The notes under the pieces are model-generated. The model ran no database searches. It saw nothing but the letters and a program-made list of their open reading frames with translations, and was not told the DNA's origin. Below are positions 62,880-64,000 of a DNA stretch of 64,000 nucleotides, piece after piece. How positions within the stretch are numbered: position 1 is the stretch's first letter; every line of letters starts with the position of its first letter. The position numbers and the translations under genes were made by a program. Origin of the DNA: Leptogorgia sarmentosa (lineage: Eukaryota); contig OZ210885.1 in assembly GCA_964658305.1 (NCBI GenBank), positions 10,292,001-10,356,000 of the forward strand, given 5' to 3'.

Positions 62880-63152
62880 AGGGGAGTTATTTTAACTCCA
62901 AAAACGGTGTCAAATAAAAAGGTTCAGAATAGCACCCTTTTTGGTGTTACACTTAACACCACTTTTGGTGTTAAAATTAACTCCTGTTTTGGAGTTATTT
63001 TAACCCAATATTTGGAGTTAAAAATGTAACACCCTTCGTGGAGTTAAAATATAACTCCAAAAGTGGTGTTAAAATAGCACCACTTTTGGAGTTACAGTAA
63101 ATTTAACTCCCTTTCTGGAGTTAAAATTTAACTCCTCTTTTGGAGTTACTTT
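62880..63152. repeat. Array of short alternating-orientation motifs (TTAACTCC/GGAGTTAA, AACACC/GGTGTT)
   Basis: Many copies visible; typical of transposon subterminal repeats. Confidence 0.7.
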
Positions 63153-64000
63153 TAAGCTTAATGGACCTTCTCCCCTTAGACAAATTTTTGAATTGACAAA
63201 TTTCATTAGCAAAGCGGGAAAAAACATCATAAATTCACTAAAATTGCGAAGTTTGGATACAGAAATAAATATCGTAAAATCTGGATAATACAGTCATGTC
63301 AAATTTGTGAATTTTGTTTACTTTTGTATTACGCACGCTAAATTATCATAACATGACTGTATATCCATTTTTACGATATTTTGTAACCAAACTTCACAAC
63401 TTATGATGCTCTTTCCAGCTGGGCTGATGAATTTCTCCAATTCAAAAGTTGGTCTAAAAATATAAAAGAAATATTACTGTAAATTTCAAAAGCACTCACA
63501 ATTTTTTTTGACAGCAAAATAAGTGATTTAATTTATAAAAAAATTAATTTACAAGCATAGCCTCAATAGAGTTCATTGATGCTCCTTCATTAGAGAAAAT
63601 GGCTTATCTTTGTGGCATTGTTTATTCGTACAAATCCTTATAATATGTGGCTCAAATCCATGTGTCCAGCAGTTAGTTGAGCAGTATTTATTCCATCCTC
63701 AGGCTTTTGAATCATGTTGTTCATAATCAACCTAAAAATATAATGTAGAAACAATCTTAATTATAGTCATAGTGCATTTTTATGCAATTTAGATGCTACT
63801 ATAAATATCTTCAATGTCGTTTTAAAATTAGGCCAAAGTATTGCCATAAAGCAGTTCATATGGTTTATGTTTGGTGTTCAAGTCCCTTGACCTTGTACTG
63901 TAGTGGAACCTGTTGATTTTTAACAAATAATAATATGGATTTACCTACACTTTGTCCTTGAAAATCAGCCATTTGTCCTTCAAAGGCCATTGTCCTTCAA

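Noticed and set aside
63545..64000. Further WD40 exons of the STAND gene
   Set aside because: No in-frame WD40-like exon was found on the plus strand after 60525; the gene probably continues beyond the window

Overview
AT-rich, intron- and repeat-rich animal genomic DNA; the repeat and gene style suggests a cnidarian such as an anthozoan (inference only). There are two spliced protein-coding genes in divergent orientation, each incomplete in this window. (1) Minus strand, 13032-20065: nine exons encoding a type I membrane protein with two degenerate YWTD-like beta-propeller+EGF modules, two further Ca-binding EGF domains, a transmembrane helix and a tail rich in tyrosine motifs; the 5' exon was not found. 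(2) Plus strand, 49356-60525 and beyond: eight exons encoding an APAF-1-like STAND protein (NB-ARC + WD40). Its N-terminus is not a CARD or death domain but a CXorf38/DUF4559-like HEPN domain with an intact RxxxxH motif (RNEWAH), so it is a candidate NLR-like receptor with a ribonuclease effector. Between the genes lies a ~10 kb cluster of about 29 tRNA genes, pseudogenes and remnants, built from duplicated and inverted cassettes that show anticodon switches. A complete type III hammerhead ribozyme with an extended, bulged stem I sits on the minus strand at 61227-61352, inside a putative element in an intron of the STAND gene. The rest is nested non-autonomous DNA elements (hAT-, Mutator-, Tc1/mariner-, Harbinger-, Helentron- and Crypton-like) and a dispersed multi-kb repeat. 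All family assignments come from motif recognition by eye; no searches were run.
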